A DNA stretch of 64,000 nt from Candidatus Aminicenantes bacterium (GTDB lineage Bacteria; Acidobacteriota; Aminicenantia; S016-38): NCBI GenBank assembly GCA_027068075.1, contig JAMOUJ010000006.1, forward strand, positions 462,359-526,358, written 5' to 3'. The notes under the pieces are model-generated. The model ran no database searches. It saw nothing but the letters and a program-made list of their open reading frames with translations, and was not told where the DNA came from. Positions 37,784 to 47,166 of the stretch are shown here, piece by piece. The stretch's first letter is position 1. Every line of letters starts with the position of its first letter. A program made the translations under genes and the position numbers.

Positions 37784-39178
37784 TTGGACGAGAAGGAACT
37801 TCAATTGATCCTTGAAAGCGGAGAGGGATATAAAATAGAGTTCAAAGAGAGTGTTACCGGAATAGATAAAGATATGGTAGCCTTTGCTAACTCTGCGGGT
37901 GGAAGGATATTTATAGGAATAACAGACGATGGAGAAATAAAGGGTGTTAAGATTACCAACAAGTTGAAATCCCAAGTTCAAGATATTGCCAACAATTGTC
38001 AGCCACCCGTAAATATCCTGATGGAAGAATTTAGAAATATCCTTATTGTAGAGGTAAGAGAAGGAGAGGACAAACCATATAAGTGTTCATCTGGATTTTA
38101 TATTAGAGTTGGCCCCAACTCCCAAAAACTGAGCAGAAACGAGATAATAGAGTTTTTTAAATCTGAGGGAAAAATTCGTTTTGATGAACTTGTTAATCTA
38201 AAATTTGATTACAGAAAGCACTTTGACCGTAAGAAGTTTGAGAAATTCTTAAAATTGGCTGGAATCTCTAAAGTGCTTAGTATTCCTTCAATATTGATAA
38301 ATTTAGGAGTAGCAGAAAAACAGGAAGGCAAGCTTATTTTCAATAATGCGGGTATTTTATTCTTTGCCAGAAACCTTAACGATATATATTTCCACACCGT
38401 TGTAACTTGTGCATTATATAAAGGCACAGAGAAGGTAAATGTTCTTGATAGAAAAGATTACAACGAGGATATAGTGAGCAATGTGGATATGGCTATGAAT
38501 TTCCTTAAAAATTATATTCCGGTAAAATACGAAATCACAGGTGAACCAAGGAGAAAGGAAATTCCTGAGATTCCCTATGAAGCGCTGAGAGAGGCCGTAA
38601 TCAATGCAGTGGTCCACAGGGATTATTTTGAGAAAGGAGCCAATGTGATGGTGGAAATATTTGACGATAGAATAGAAATCTCGAATCCAGGGGGACTTGT
38701 TAAAGGCCTTAAACCAAAGGATTTTGGCAAAAAGAGCGTTTTAAGAAACCCTCACATCGCCAGCCTGTTTCATAGAATAGGGTATATAGAAAAAATGGGA
38801 ACAGGCATAAACAGAATGAGGAAACTTCTGAGAGAAGCCGGACTTCCTGAGCCGGAATTTGAGTTTGATACATTTTTCACAGTTACCTTCAGGAGACCAA
38901 TTAGGAAAAATGTCGGAGTAAATGTCGGAGTAAATGTCGGAGTAAAAATAGGACTAAAAGGGAAGCGGCTTGAGCGAGTTAACACGATGCTTGAGATACT
39001 TAAAAGAGAAGAAATTTTGAATATAACTCAGCTCGCAAAAATGTTTGGAGTCTCTGAAAGAACCATAGAAAGAGATGTAGAATTTTTAAAGAAAAAAAGA
39101 CTCATTGAATTTGTCGGTCCACCAAAAACTGGAAAATATGTGCTTACCGAAAAGGGCAAAAAACTATGGGAGGAGTAA
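37784..39178 (+). CDS. AlbA_2 (Schlafen-like) / HATPase_c_4 / C-terminal wHTH protein
   Basis: AlbA_2 motif EGYKIEFKES...AFANSAGGRIFIGITDDGEIKGV, REAVINAVVHRDY...ISNPGGL, and a C-terminal HTH ITQLAKMFGVSERTIERDVEFL. Confidence 0.75.
   Translation: MDEKELQLILESGEGYKIEFKESVTGIDKDMVAFANSAGGRIFIGITDDGEIKGVKITNKLKSQVQDIANNCQPPVNILMEEFRNILIVEVREGEDKPYKCSSGFYIRVGPNSQKLSRNEIIEFFKSEGKIRFDELVNLKFDYRKHFDRKKFEKFLKLAGISKVLSIPSILINLGVAEKQEGKLIFNNAGILFFARNLNDIYFHTVVTCALYKGTEKVNVLDRKDYNEDIVSNVDMAMNFLKNYIPVKYEITGEPRRKEIPEIPYEALREAVINAVVHRDYFEKGANVMVEIFDDRIEISNPGGLVKGLKPKDFGKKSVLRNPHIASLFHRIGYIEKMGTGINRMRKLLREAGLPEPEFEFDTFFTVTFRRPIRKNVGVNVGVNVGVKIGLKGKRLERVNTMLEILKREEILNITQLAKMFGVSERTIERDVEFLKKKRLIEFVGPPKTGKYVLTEKGKKLWEE
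38909..38944 (+). repeat. Perfect 3 x 12-bp tandem repeat AATGTCGGAGTA (encodes NVGVNVGVNVGV)
   Basis: Read directly. It lies in the linker before the C-terminal wHTH of the AlbA_2 protein. Confidence 0.95.
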
Positions 39179-39225
39179 ATGGGCCAAATGAGTCAAGGAT
39201 GGGTAAAAAATGGAAAAAGGAGAAA

Positions 39226-40809
39226 ATGAACAATAAAGAAAGAAAAAATTTGGAAAATTACTATCAGCAGTTAATGAAGGTGGAGAACTGGGAGAATATT
39301 CCGATAGAAAAAGCCTTAAACCTTTTAGGGGTGTTGATAGACATTTCTTTAGACTTAAAGAGACCAGAAGGTTTGCAAAAAGCGCTAAATCTTTCAAAGG
39401 AGCTCGAGAAGAGAAAAGGTATTTCTTCAGAGCAAAAAGCTCTTTTGTATTATTTTGTTTCTAATGCTTGGTCAAATTTAAAATGCGTTAAAGAAAAAAA
39501 CTCTTCTGAAAATTGGAACTGGAGAGCAAAAGAAATTGGGAATTCATTACTTTATCTTAGGCGATGTATAAAAGAAGAAGGGTTCAAGAAACTTCCTTCG
39601 ATAAGAAAAGCCCAGATCTATACAAATTTAGGAAACACATTCAGTGAAATAGGTCGCTCTGTAGAATCTATCGAATATTTCGATAAGGCTTTAAAAATAT
39701 TCCCAAATTTTCCTATGGCGCTGGGAAATAAAGGTGAGGCACTTTTAAGTTTGGCTGGAATTCTGTATGATCCTTGTCATCGAGAAGTTTTATTAAGACA
39801 TGCATATGAGAATTTGGACAAAGCTTTGTCTTATTCTCAAAAATACCAAATTCGTGATAGTGCTAAAATCGAGTTTGAAAAAACATTAAAAAAAATCGAA
39901 GAATTTCCCTTCCAATGTGGAAACCAAAATATAAATCTAAATAATTTTTCTCTGGGTGACTCTATCGAAGAAATATCTTATAGGAAATGGGCTTTAGAAC
40001 ATAGACTTTTCCTCAATCCTTTAAATGATATTGGCTCCTATAGTCTTGCAGCGAGAGATGTCCTTACTACCCCATCTATAATTGTTAGGGAAGGTGAGGG
40101 TCCATATTATCACGGATTTTATAATCAAATGAAGCAGGAATTTGTATCAGCTCGATATCTTTATTATGAAGGTATTAACTCTTATGAACCGCATTTCTCC
40201 GATAGAGAAGTCTTACTTTATAATACATTAGATTATCCCGTATATTCCTTTTCAGCTGAAAAGATTAAAATAGCATTTAGAATGGTTTATTCTATTCTTG
40301 ACAAGCTATCCTACTTCCTCAATGATTATTTAAGACTGAATATAAATGAAAGACGAGTAAGTTTTAAGTCATTTTGGTATGAAAAACAAGATAGACAAAA
40401 AGGTCTTAGAAAAGAATTTGTAAATCGTCCTAATTGGCCATTGCGAGGTTTATTTTGGTTAAGTAAGGATCTATTTGAAAGCACTCCAGGATTTAAGGAA
40501 TATTTAGAGCCAGAAGCGCAAGAGCTTCATAAAGTTCGGAATTGCCTTGAGCATAGATATCTTAAATTGCATTCTGAAGAATGGCCGAGATTACAAAAAA
40601 ATGGCTTTTTTATAGACCACTTAGCATTTTCAATGAGCCGTTTTGATTTTGAGGCGAAGGCACTCAAACTTTTGAAATTAGTCCGTTCGGCTTTGATTTA
40701 TCTAAGCTTAGCTATACATGTAGAAGAATGCTTAAGAAATAGAAATTTAAAGTCCTCAACAATTGTGTCAATGCAACTGGATGTTTGGAAAGATGAGTGG
40801 AAAATTTAG
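39226..40809 (+). CDS. TPR-repeat protein with a C-terminal HEPN domain (Rx4H; LA2681-like by recollection)
   Basis: TPR-like IYTNLGNTFSEIGRSVESIEYFDKALKIFPNFPMALGNKGEALL and HEPN motif HKVRNCLEHRY. AAGGAG RBS before the ATG at 39226; alternative upstream ATGs at 39166 and 39199. Confidence 0.65.
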   Translation: MNNKERKNLENYYQQLMKVENWENIPIEKALNLLGVLIDISLDLKRPEGLQKALNLSKELEKRKGISSEQKALLYYFVSNAWSNLKCVKEKNSSENWNWRAKEIGNSLLYLRRCIKEEGFKKLPSIRKAQIYTNLGNTFSEIGRSVESIEYFDKALKIFPNFPMALGNKGEALLSLAGILYDPCHREVLLRHAYENLDKALSYSQKYQIRDSAKIEFEKTLKKIEEFPFQCGNQNINLNNFSLGDSIEEISYRKWALEHRLFLNPLNDIGSYSLAARDVLTTPSIIVREGEGPYYHGFYNQMKQEFVSARYLYYEGINSYEPHFSDREVLLYNTLDYPVYSFSAEKIKIAFRMVYSILDKLSYFLNDYLRLNINERRVSFKSFWYEKQDRQKGLRKEFVNRPNWPLRGLFWLSKDLFESTPGFKEYLEPEAQELHKVRNCLEHRYLKLHSEEWPRLQKNGFFIDHLAFSMSRFDFEAKALKLLKLVRSALIYLSLAIHVEECLRNRNLKSSTIVSMQLDVWKDEWKI

Positions 40810-40824
40810 AAATGGGGGTATAAT

Positions 40825-41622
40825 ATGGAGAAAGGTAAAGCAATTCAGCTTTTAGAGAAATGCATTCTTGAAATCGAAGAATTAAAAAAAGTAAGATTTA
40901 ACTCACCTCAATTTACTGCTTGGAAAAGCAAAACAAATTCTCTTTTAGAGAAAATATTTGGAAAAAACTCAAGACAATTGGAAGATTTTGGAAAAATCTT
41001 TAAACATCAACAGGCAGGAGCTATAATTATGATAGCTGCTCAGAAACCAGCGTATAAGATTCATGAGATAGAAATCCAAGCTTTAGAAGAGGCAAAAGCA
41101 TTATTAAATTCTTTTAAAGAACAATTGATTGATTTTGGAGAGATTGAAAAGACACAAAGGAAATTCAACGATGTCATTTCAGAGCTTGAGAGGATTTTTG
41201 ATCGATTTTATATTATTGCTCGCCAAATAGAAAAAAGACATAACAATAGGCCTACTTTAGAAATTATTGATGAATACGATGTTCAGGACTTATTACATGC
41301 GCTTCTCAAATTGTTTTTTGACGATATAAGAAGGGAAGAGTGGACTCCAAGCTATGCCGGAGGAGCGGCAAGGATGGATTTTTTGCTTAAAAATGAAAAA
41401 ATAGTCATAGAAGTGAAAAAGACAAGGAAAGGTTTAACTGATAAGCAGATAGGTGACCAGTTGCTTCAAGATATTGAGAGATATAAAAAACACTCTGATT
41501 GCGACTATTTAATATGTTTTGTGTATGACCCGGAAGGTAGAATTGGCAATCCTCGTGGGTTGGAAAAAGACCTTAGCAAAGAAGAAGATGGATTTAGGGT
41601 ATCAGTTTATGTTAGGCCATGA
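40825..41622 (+). CDS. Hypothetical protein with a C-terminal PD-(D/E)XK-like nuclease core
   Basis: Pattern E-YDVQDLL ... RMDFLL ... IVIEVKK ... YLICFVYD fits an alpha-beta-beta-beta restriction-endonuclease core (E...D...ExK). The stop overlaps the hsdS start (ATGA). Confidence 0.5.
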   Translation: MEKGKAIQLLEKCILEIEELKKVRFNSPQFTAWKSKTNSLLEKIFGKNSRQLEDFGKIFKHQQAGAIIMIAAQKPAYKIHEIEIQALEEAKALLNSFKEQLIDFGEIEKTQRKFNDVISELERIFDRFYIIARQIEKRHNNRPTLEIIDEYDVQDLLHALLKLFFDDIRREEWTPSYAGGAARMDFLLKNEKIVIEVKKTRKGLTDKQIGDQLLQDIERYKKHSDCDYLICFVYDPEGRIGNPRGLEKDLSKEEDGFRVSVYVRP

Positions 41623-42908
41623 GGAATGAAAAACATAGAGCAACTTCATCAAGACTTTTCTCGATTCCGAATGATTGGATTCTTACAAAATTAGGGGCAT
41701 GTGTGGAAATAAGAGGGTCTAAAAGACTTTCTTTTAAAGATAAGAAGATTCCCTTTATTCCTATGGAGTTAATCCCGACTGAGAGTGTGTATGTTAAATA
41801 TGAATTAAAGAAGCCCCAAGAAATTAAAAGTTTTACATATTGTGAAGCTGGAGACCTGCTCTTAGCAAAGATCACACCTTCCTTAGAGAATGGAAAACAA
41901 GGTATTGTTCCTCAAGATATACCTAATGGTTTTGCTCTGGCTACCACCGAAGTTTTCCCTCTTCAATCAAAGAAAGAAAAAATTCTAAATTTATTCCTTT
42001 TCTATCTTCTTAAGACTCCAAGGTTCAGAAATGTGCTTATTACCTCCATGATAGGGACTACTGGAAGACAGAGGGCATCTAAAGAGGCCCTCTTATCCCT
42101 CCCCATCCCCCTCCCTCCACTCTCCGAGCAAAAGAAGATTGCTGAGATTCTTTCCACTGTGGATGAGGCCATAGAGGTTACGGATAAGGAGATTGAAAAG
42201 GCGGAGAGCTTGAAACGCGGGCTTATGCAGGAGCTTTTGACTAAGGCGATAGGGCACAGCAGGTTTAAGAAAACCGAGGTGGGAACGATACCTGAGGAGT
42301 GGGAGGTGGTGAGAGTAGAAAAAATTTTTGATGTTTATGGAGGGACAACTCCTTCTACTAATAACCCTTCTTTTTGGGATGGAGAGATTCTCTGGGTAAC
42401 TCCTACCGATATAACAAAATTAGGAAATAGAATATATTTAAATGACACTGAAAGAAAAATTTCTGAGGAAGGATTAAAAAAGTCCAATCTAAAATTATTG
42501 GAACCTTTTACTATTTTATTGACTACAAGAGCAACAATAGGTTACGCAGCTTTATCTCCTAAGCAACTTACGATAAATCAAGGAATGACAGCTTTTATCC
42601 CCTTGAAGAAGGACCTTATCAATCCTGTTTTTTATATTTACTGGTTCTCTAAAATTAGAGATTTTTTGCTTCAATTAGGAGGGGGAAGTACTTTCAAAGA
42701 GGTTTCGAGGACCACTCTAAAAAAGCTATATGTTCCCCTCCCCCCTCTTCCAGAACAGAAAAAAATAGCCGAGATTCTTTCCTCTGTTGACGATTTCATA
42801 GAAAGCTTGAGAGCACGCAGGGAAAAGCTGGTAAAATTAAAGCAGGGATTAATGGAAGACCTATTGACGGGCAAAAGGAGGGTTAAGATAGATGCCGAGG
42901 ACACCTGA
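41619..42908 (+). CDS. hsdS: Type I R-M specificity subunit HsdS
   Basis: Two target-recognition domains, each followed by a conserved helix repeat (LPIPLPPLSEQKKIAEILSTVDEAIE and LYVPLPPLPEQKKIAEILSSVDDFIE). Confidence 0.9.
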   Translation: MRNEKHRATSSRLFSIPNDWILTKLGACVEIRGSKRLSFKDKKIPFIPMELIPTESVYVKYELKKPQEIKSFTYCEAGDLLLAKITPSLENGKQGIVPQDIPNGFALATTEVFPLQSKKEKILNLFLFYLLKTPRFRNVLITSMIGTTGRQRASKEALLSLPIPLPPLSEQKKIAEILSTVDEAIEVTDKEIEKAESLKRGLMQELLTKAIGHSRFKKTEVGTIPEEWEVVRVEKIFDVYGGTTPSTNNPSFWDGEILWVTPTDITKLGNRIYLNDTERKISEEGLKKSNLKLLEPFTILLTTRATIGYAALSPKQLTINQGMTAFIPLKKDLINPVFYIYWFSKIRDFLLQLGGGSTFKEVSRTTLKKLYVPLPPLPEQKKIAEILSSVDDFIESLRARREKLVKLKQGLMEDLLTGKRRVKIDAEDT

Positions 42909-45888
42909 AGCGCATCAAGTTGAGAAATTTCTCATCCATAAGTTAATAGAGCAGGGCTGGAGGTATGTTCCAGGGGATGAACTTCCAAGGGAGGATTTCC
43001 GCCAGCCCCTCCTTGAGAAGGACCTTATAAAGGCTCTGGAGAGAATAAACAAAACAGAAGCCACTGAAAAGGATTTTCTTAGGGCAATTGCAAGGCTAAA
43101 AGGGGAAGGTTTTGGTCCAGAGGGCCATAAGAAGGTTCTTCGGTATTTTAAGTATGGCATCCCAATAAAGCTCGAAAAAACCGGAGTTGTGGAGTTCTTA
43201 GAGCTTTTTGATTACAAGAATCCGCAGAACAACGAGTTTATAGTTTCCAACCAGGTAATCTATCATGGGGGAAATCCTATAAGAACCGATATAATGCTCT
43301 ATGTAAATGGAATTCCCCTTGTGGATATAGAATGCAAGAACCCTGAAGACCCCTCCATCAGCTGGAGAAACGCTTACAAGCAGATAAAGTATTATGAAAG
43401 CACCGTTCCTGACCTTTACCGTTATGTGCAGATAGGGGTTGCAGCAGAGGCCACCGCCAGATATTTCCCGATAGTTCCCTGGCGAGAAGATGTAACGGTT
43501 TACCTCTGGCGTGAGGATGGAAAAGAGCCTCTTGAAGCCCTATCTCTCATGCTTTCGCCAGCAAGGCTTCTGGATATGATAAGAAACTTTATTTTCGTAA
43601 GGGAGGAGCATGGGGAGATAACCAAAGTGATGACCAGATACATGCAGTATAGGGCTGTAAACAAAATTGTGGACAGAGTGCTTGCAAACTTGAGGGGCGA
43701 GGAGGATAAAAATCGTGGTCTTATATGGCACTGGCAGGGAAGCGGAAAGACTCTCACCATGATCTTTGCAGCCCACAAACTGTTTTATGCCGAAGAAATG
43801 GAAAATCCCACGCTGTTTTTTGTTGTTGACAGATTGGACCTTGCAGAGCAGCTTCAGGGAGAATTCGCTGCCCTGGATATGCCTTTTTCTGCTGAGACTG
43901 TGGAATCCATTGACCATCTAAAGAAGATAATCTCTCACGACGACTTTAAGGGAAAAAGGGGAATCTTTATAACCCTTATTCAGAAATTTTCTCCGGAGAA
44001 ACTAAGGGAAGTTAAGGAGTTTATGTCCTCAAAGGGAAGCGGAACCATAGCGGAACGGAAAAATGTTGTTCTTTTCATAGACGAAGCCCACAGGAACCAA
44101 TATGGTGTGCTGGCAGCCCAGATGAAGGATATATTCAAGAATGCCTTTGCCTTCGCATTTACAGGAACGCCCATATCCAAGAATCAGCGGGATACTTACT
44201 TGGAGTTCAGCTATCCGCCTGAGGAACTATACCTTGACCGTTATTTCATAACCGACTCCATAATGGACGGCTTTACAGTGAGAATCGTCTATGAGCCGAG
44301 ACTTACAGGCGAGGTTCACCTGAGAAAAGAACTTCTGGACCTTTTTATAAACTCAACCCTTGAAGAGCTGCCTGAGGATGAAAGGAAGATAGTGGAGCCG
44401 GAACTTAGGAGAAGAATAAATATCATAAATACCTTCTTTGAGGACCCTGAGAGGATAGATAAAATCTCTGAAGACATAGCTCAGCATTTTCTTGAAAATT
44501 TAGATGGAAAATTCAAGGCTATGGTTGTGGTAGGGAGCAGGAAAGCGTGTCTTATGTATAGGGACAGGCTTAGAAAACTCCTTCCGGAAAATTATGTTGA
44601 GGTTGTAATGACTGCCAGCCCGGGCGAGGAAGAGGGAAAAGGGGAATATGTAAGTGAAATAGCAGAGAAGTATGGCAGCAGCGATGTCTCAAGTGCAATT
44701 AAAACTGTGGTAACCAAATTCAAAGAGGAAGAATACCCCAAGATTCTTATCGTGACGGAAATGCTTCTTACAGGTTTTGATGCCCCGATTCTTCAAACCA
44801 TGTATCTTGACAAACTTCTAAAGGAACATCGTCTTCTTCAAGCAATAGCCAGGACAAACAGACCTTATAAGGGGCTCAAAGAAGCCGGGCTCATAATAGA
44901 CTATGTAGGAATATTGAAGGAGTTTAAGAGGGCATTTGCAATTTACAATGAAGAGGACATAGAAGGGGCACTCTGGAATGTGAAAGACCTTGAGACCGAC
45001 TTTGAAAAGGAACTGATGGAAATTCTGAACTTTTTCCAGGGTCTGGAGAGAAAATTTGAAAGGGAAACCTTTGTCTCCGCAGTGGAGATTTTAACCGGCG
45101 AAGATGGGAAGGCGAAGGACTTTATCGCTAAATACTGGAGGCTTAGAAAGCTCTTTGAACTTTTGGGCTCCTCCCCGGACAAGTTAAAATATCTTGACGA
45201 TTATAAGTGGTTGTCAGCGGTCTATTCCTATTACAGAAAACTGGTGGATAGGGAAGAGGAGAAGCCGGATGTCAGTAAATATTTTAGAAAGACCATAGAA
45301 CTTATTCATCAAACCACAGAAATAGAGAAGATAGAAAAGGACCTTCCGCCAATTGTCATAGATGTGGACTCTATAGAGGATATTGTTAAAAACGCTAAAT
45401 CAGAGAAGGAAAAAGCCGCCACGGTGATTTTTACATTGAGAAACATAATCCTTGTGGAAAAAGAGAGAAAGCCCGTTTACGAATCTCTGGTAGATAAAGT
45501 GGAAAGATTGGTGAAGATGTGGCAGCAGAGGGCGAAAGATTACAGGAAATTATATGAGGAAGGTCTTGGAATTCTGAAAGAAAAAAGAAATATAGATAAG
45601 AGGCAAAAAGAACTTGGGCTTTCGGACCTTGAATATTCCATTTTGTTAACAGTGGAGGAAAAGATTGGGGAGGAAAAGGGAATTGAAAACGAAATAAGAA
45701 AACTCGTGGAGGAAATTGGAGCAGACCTATTTGAGGGCTGGCTCGGTCAGGTAACGGTGAGGAGGAAAGTGGAAAGAAAGATAAGGAGATTTGCCAGAAG
45801 GCTTAAAAAGGAATATGGATTGAGTTTTGAGGAGATGGAAGAACTTTACAGGAAAATCTGGGAAAGGGTGAAAAACTATGGAATTTGA
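42892..45888 (+). CDS. hsdR: Type I R-M restriction/translocase subunit HsdR
   Basis: N-terminal nuclease region (TDIMLYVNGIPLVDIECK) and SF2 motifs HWQGSGKT, FIDEAHRNQ, FTGTP and QAIARTNR; 998 aa. Confidence 0.9.
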   Translation: MPRTPEAHQVEKFLIHKLIEQGWRYVPGDELPREDFRQPLLEKDLIKALERINKTEATEKDFLRAIARLKGEGFGPEGHKKVLRYFKYGIPIKLEKTGVVEFLELFDYKNPQNNEFIVSNQVIYHGGNPIRTDIMLYVNGIPLVDIECKNPEDPSISWRNAYKQIKYYESTVPDLYRYVQIGVAAEATARYFPIVPWREDVTVYLWREDGKEPLEALSLMLSPARLLDMIRNFIFVREEHGEITKVMTRYMQYRAVNKIVDRVLANLRGEEDKNRGLIWHWQGSGKTLTMIFAAHKLFYAEEMENPTLFFVVDRLDLAEQLQGEFAALDMPFSAETVESIDHLKKIISHDDFKGKRGIFITLIQKFSPEKLREVKEFMSSKGSGTIAERKNVVLFIDEAHRNQYGVLAAQMKDIFKNAFAFAFTGTPISKNQRDTYLEFSYPPEELYLDRYFITDSIMDGFTVRIVYEPRLTGEVHLRKELLDLFINSTLEELPEDERKIVEPELRRRINIINTFFEDPERIDKISEDIAQHFLENLDGKFKAMVVVGSRKACLMYRDRLRKLLPENYVEVVMTASPGEEEGKGEYVSEIAEKYGSSDVSSAIKTVVTKFKEEEYPKILIVTEMLLTGFDAPILQTMYLDKLLKEHRLLQAIARTNRPYKGLKEAGLIIDYVGILKEFKRAFAIYNEEDIEGALWNVKDLETDFEKELMEILNFFQGLERKFERETFVSAVEILTGEDGKAKDFIAKYWRLRKLFELLGSSPDKLKYLDDYKWLSAVYSYYRKLVDREEEKPDVSKYFRKTIELIHQTTEIEKIEKDLPPIVIDVDSIEDIVKNAKSEKEKAATVIFTLRNIILVEKERKPVYESLVDKVERLVKMWQQRAKDYRKLYEEGLGILKEKRNIDKRQKELGLSDLEYSILLTVEEKIGEEKGIENEIRKLVEEIGADLFEGWLGQVTVRRKVERKIRRFARRLKKEYGLSFEEMEELYRKIWERVKNYGI

Positions 45889-46426
45889 ATACAAAGTTTT
45901 TTACAGAAAGGTAAAATACGCCCGGGTGGAAATAAGGTCAGGAGAGTTGAGGGTAATTGTTCCCTTTGGAGTTAAAGCCGATGCCGTTGTAGAGAGGCAT
46001 CGTAGGTGGATAGAGAAAAAGATGAGGGAGATAGAGAGGGTAAAGGCAGAGGCCGAGAAACTTAAACCTGTGGAAAGAACAGAGGCGGAGTTTAGACGCT
46101 TGATGAGGGATTTTATATGCGAAGCCGAGAGGGCTTTTGGGGTAAAATCCAAGAAGGTGTTATTCAGGAAGATGAAAACAAGGTGGGCGAGTTGCTCAAG
46201 CAAGGGTAATATAACGGTGAATCGCCTGGCGAAAGTGCTTCCCGACCATCTCCTCCGTTACATCGCTTTCCATGAGGTTGCTCATTTAATACATAAGAAT
46301 CATGGTAAAGCCTTTCGTGACCTTCTTTCCAGATTTTTCCCCGACCACCGTCGCATTGATTTACAGCTCCAGCGGTGGTGGTTCGTGGTAAGTCCAAAAT
46401 TTTATGGAGGGAAAGATGGCTACTGA
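45878..46426 (+). CDS. YgjP-like (DUF45/WLM) zinc metallopeptidase
   Basis: HEVAHLIHKNH motif. Overlaps the hsdR stop by 11 nt. This family is commonly linked to hsdR. Confidence 0.75.
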   Translation: MEFEYKVFYRKVKYARVEIRSGELRVIVPFGVKADAVVERHRRWIEKKMREIERVKAEAEKLKPVERTEAEFRRLMRDFICEAERAFGVKSKKVLFRKMKTRWASCSSKGNITVNRLAKVLPDHLLRYIAFHEVAHLIHKNHGKAFRDLLSRFFPDHRRIDLQLQRWWFVVSPKFYGGKDGY

Positions 46427-46970
46427 GATTTTAATTGAGCCAGTATTTGAAAACGAAGAACTCTTGGAAGCATTTCCTGAGTTTTCTCGGGTGGCCTTTA
46501 CTTTGATAGCAAAATCTGGAGCCTCATCTTCTTTTAAACTTAAATTGAGCCAGACAGGAGGCGAAACGGTAGAGCAAATAAAGATTAAGAAAATGCGAGT
46601 GCTGAGCAAAGATATAAGATATGAAGTAACATTTGGAAAGGACTTTGTAGTTCATTTTCCTCCAGGAGAAACCGAAATATTGCTTCAAACATCTTACAAA
46701 ATAGTCTTTCCTGTACCTGGCGTTTACTGGCTGGAATTAAAAGTAGAACCGGAAAGTGTAGAAACAAAACAGAGGATGCTAAATGGAGGAGTAGGTCGGG
46801 GGTGGAGTAAAGGTGAGGAAAAGAACTCTTTAAGACAGCCCATACTCGTCATTGATGGAGTCAATCTCGAACAAATAAAAATAAATAGGGATCTCAGGTA
46901 TTTAACCTATGCAATTCTCGCATTGACTGTGGTAAGCGTGATAACGATGTTACTGTCATTTCTTTTTTAG
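46416..46970 (+). CDS. Hypothetical tail-anchored membrane protein
   Basis: GGAGGG RBS before the ATG at 46416, which overlaps the ygjP end. A single C-terminal TM (LTYAILALTVVSVITMLLSFLF). No recognisable domain. Confidence 0.5.
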   Translation: MATEILIEPVFENEELLEAFPEFSRVAFTLIAKSGASSSFKLKLSQTGGETVEQIKIKKMRVLSKDIRYEVTFGKDFVVHFPPGETEILLQTSYKIVFPVPGVYWLELKVEPESVETKQRMLNGGVGRGWSKGEEKNSLRQPILVIDGVNLEQIKINRDLRYLTYAILALTVVSVITMLLSFLF

Positions 46971-47166
46971 AGTATGTGTTATAATATTAAGTGTGTGATT
47001 GGAGGGTGTTAATAGATGCATGCATTATAAGATGCGCAAGGGAGCATATAGAGAAACGGGTGGCTGGATGTTTCTAATTACGAAAATAGAACCAAGAAAC
47101 TTAATGAATAAGAGAATTAGGACAGAGAGTATCTTTAATGACAATAAAACAAGAAGGGGGTAAAAG

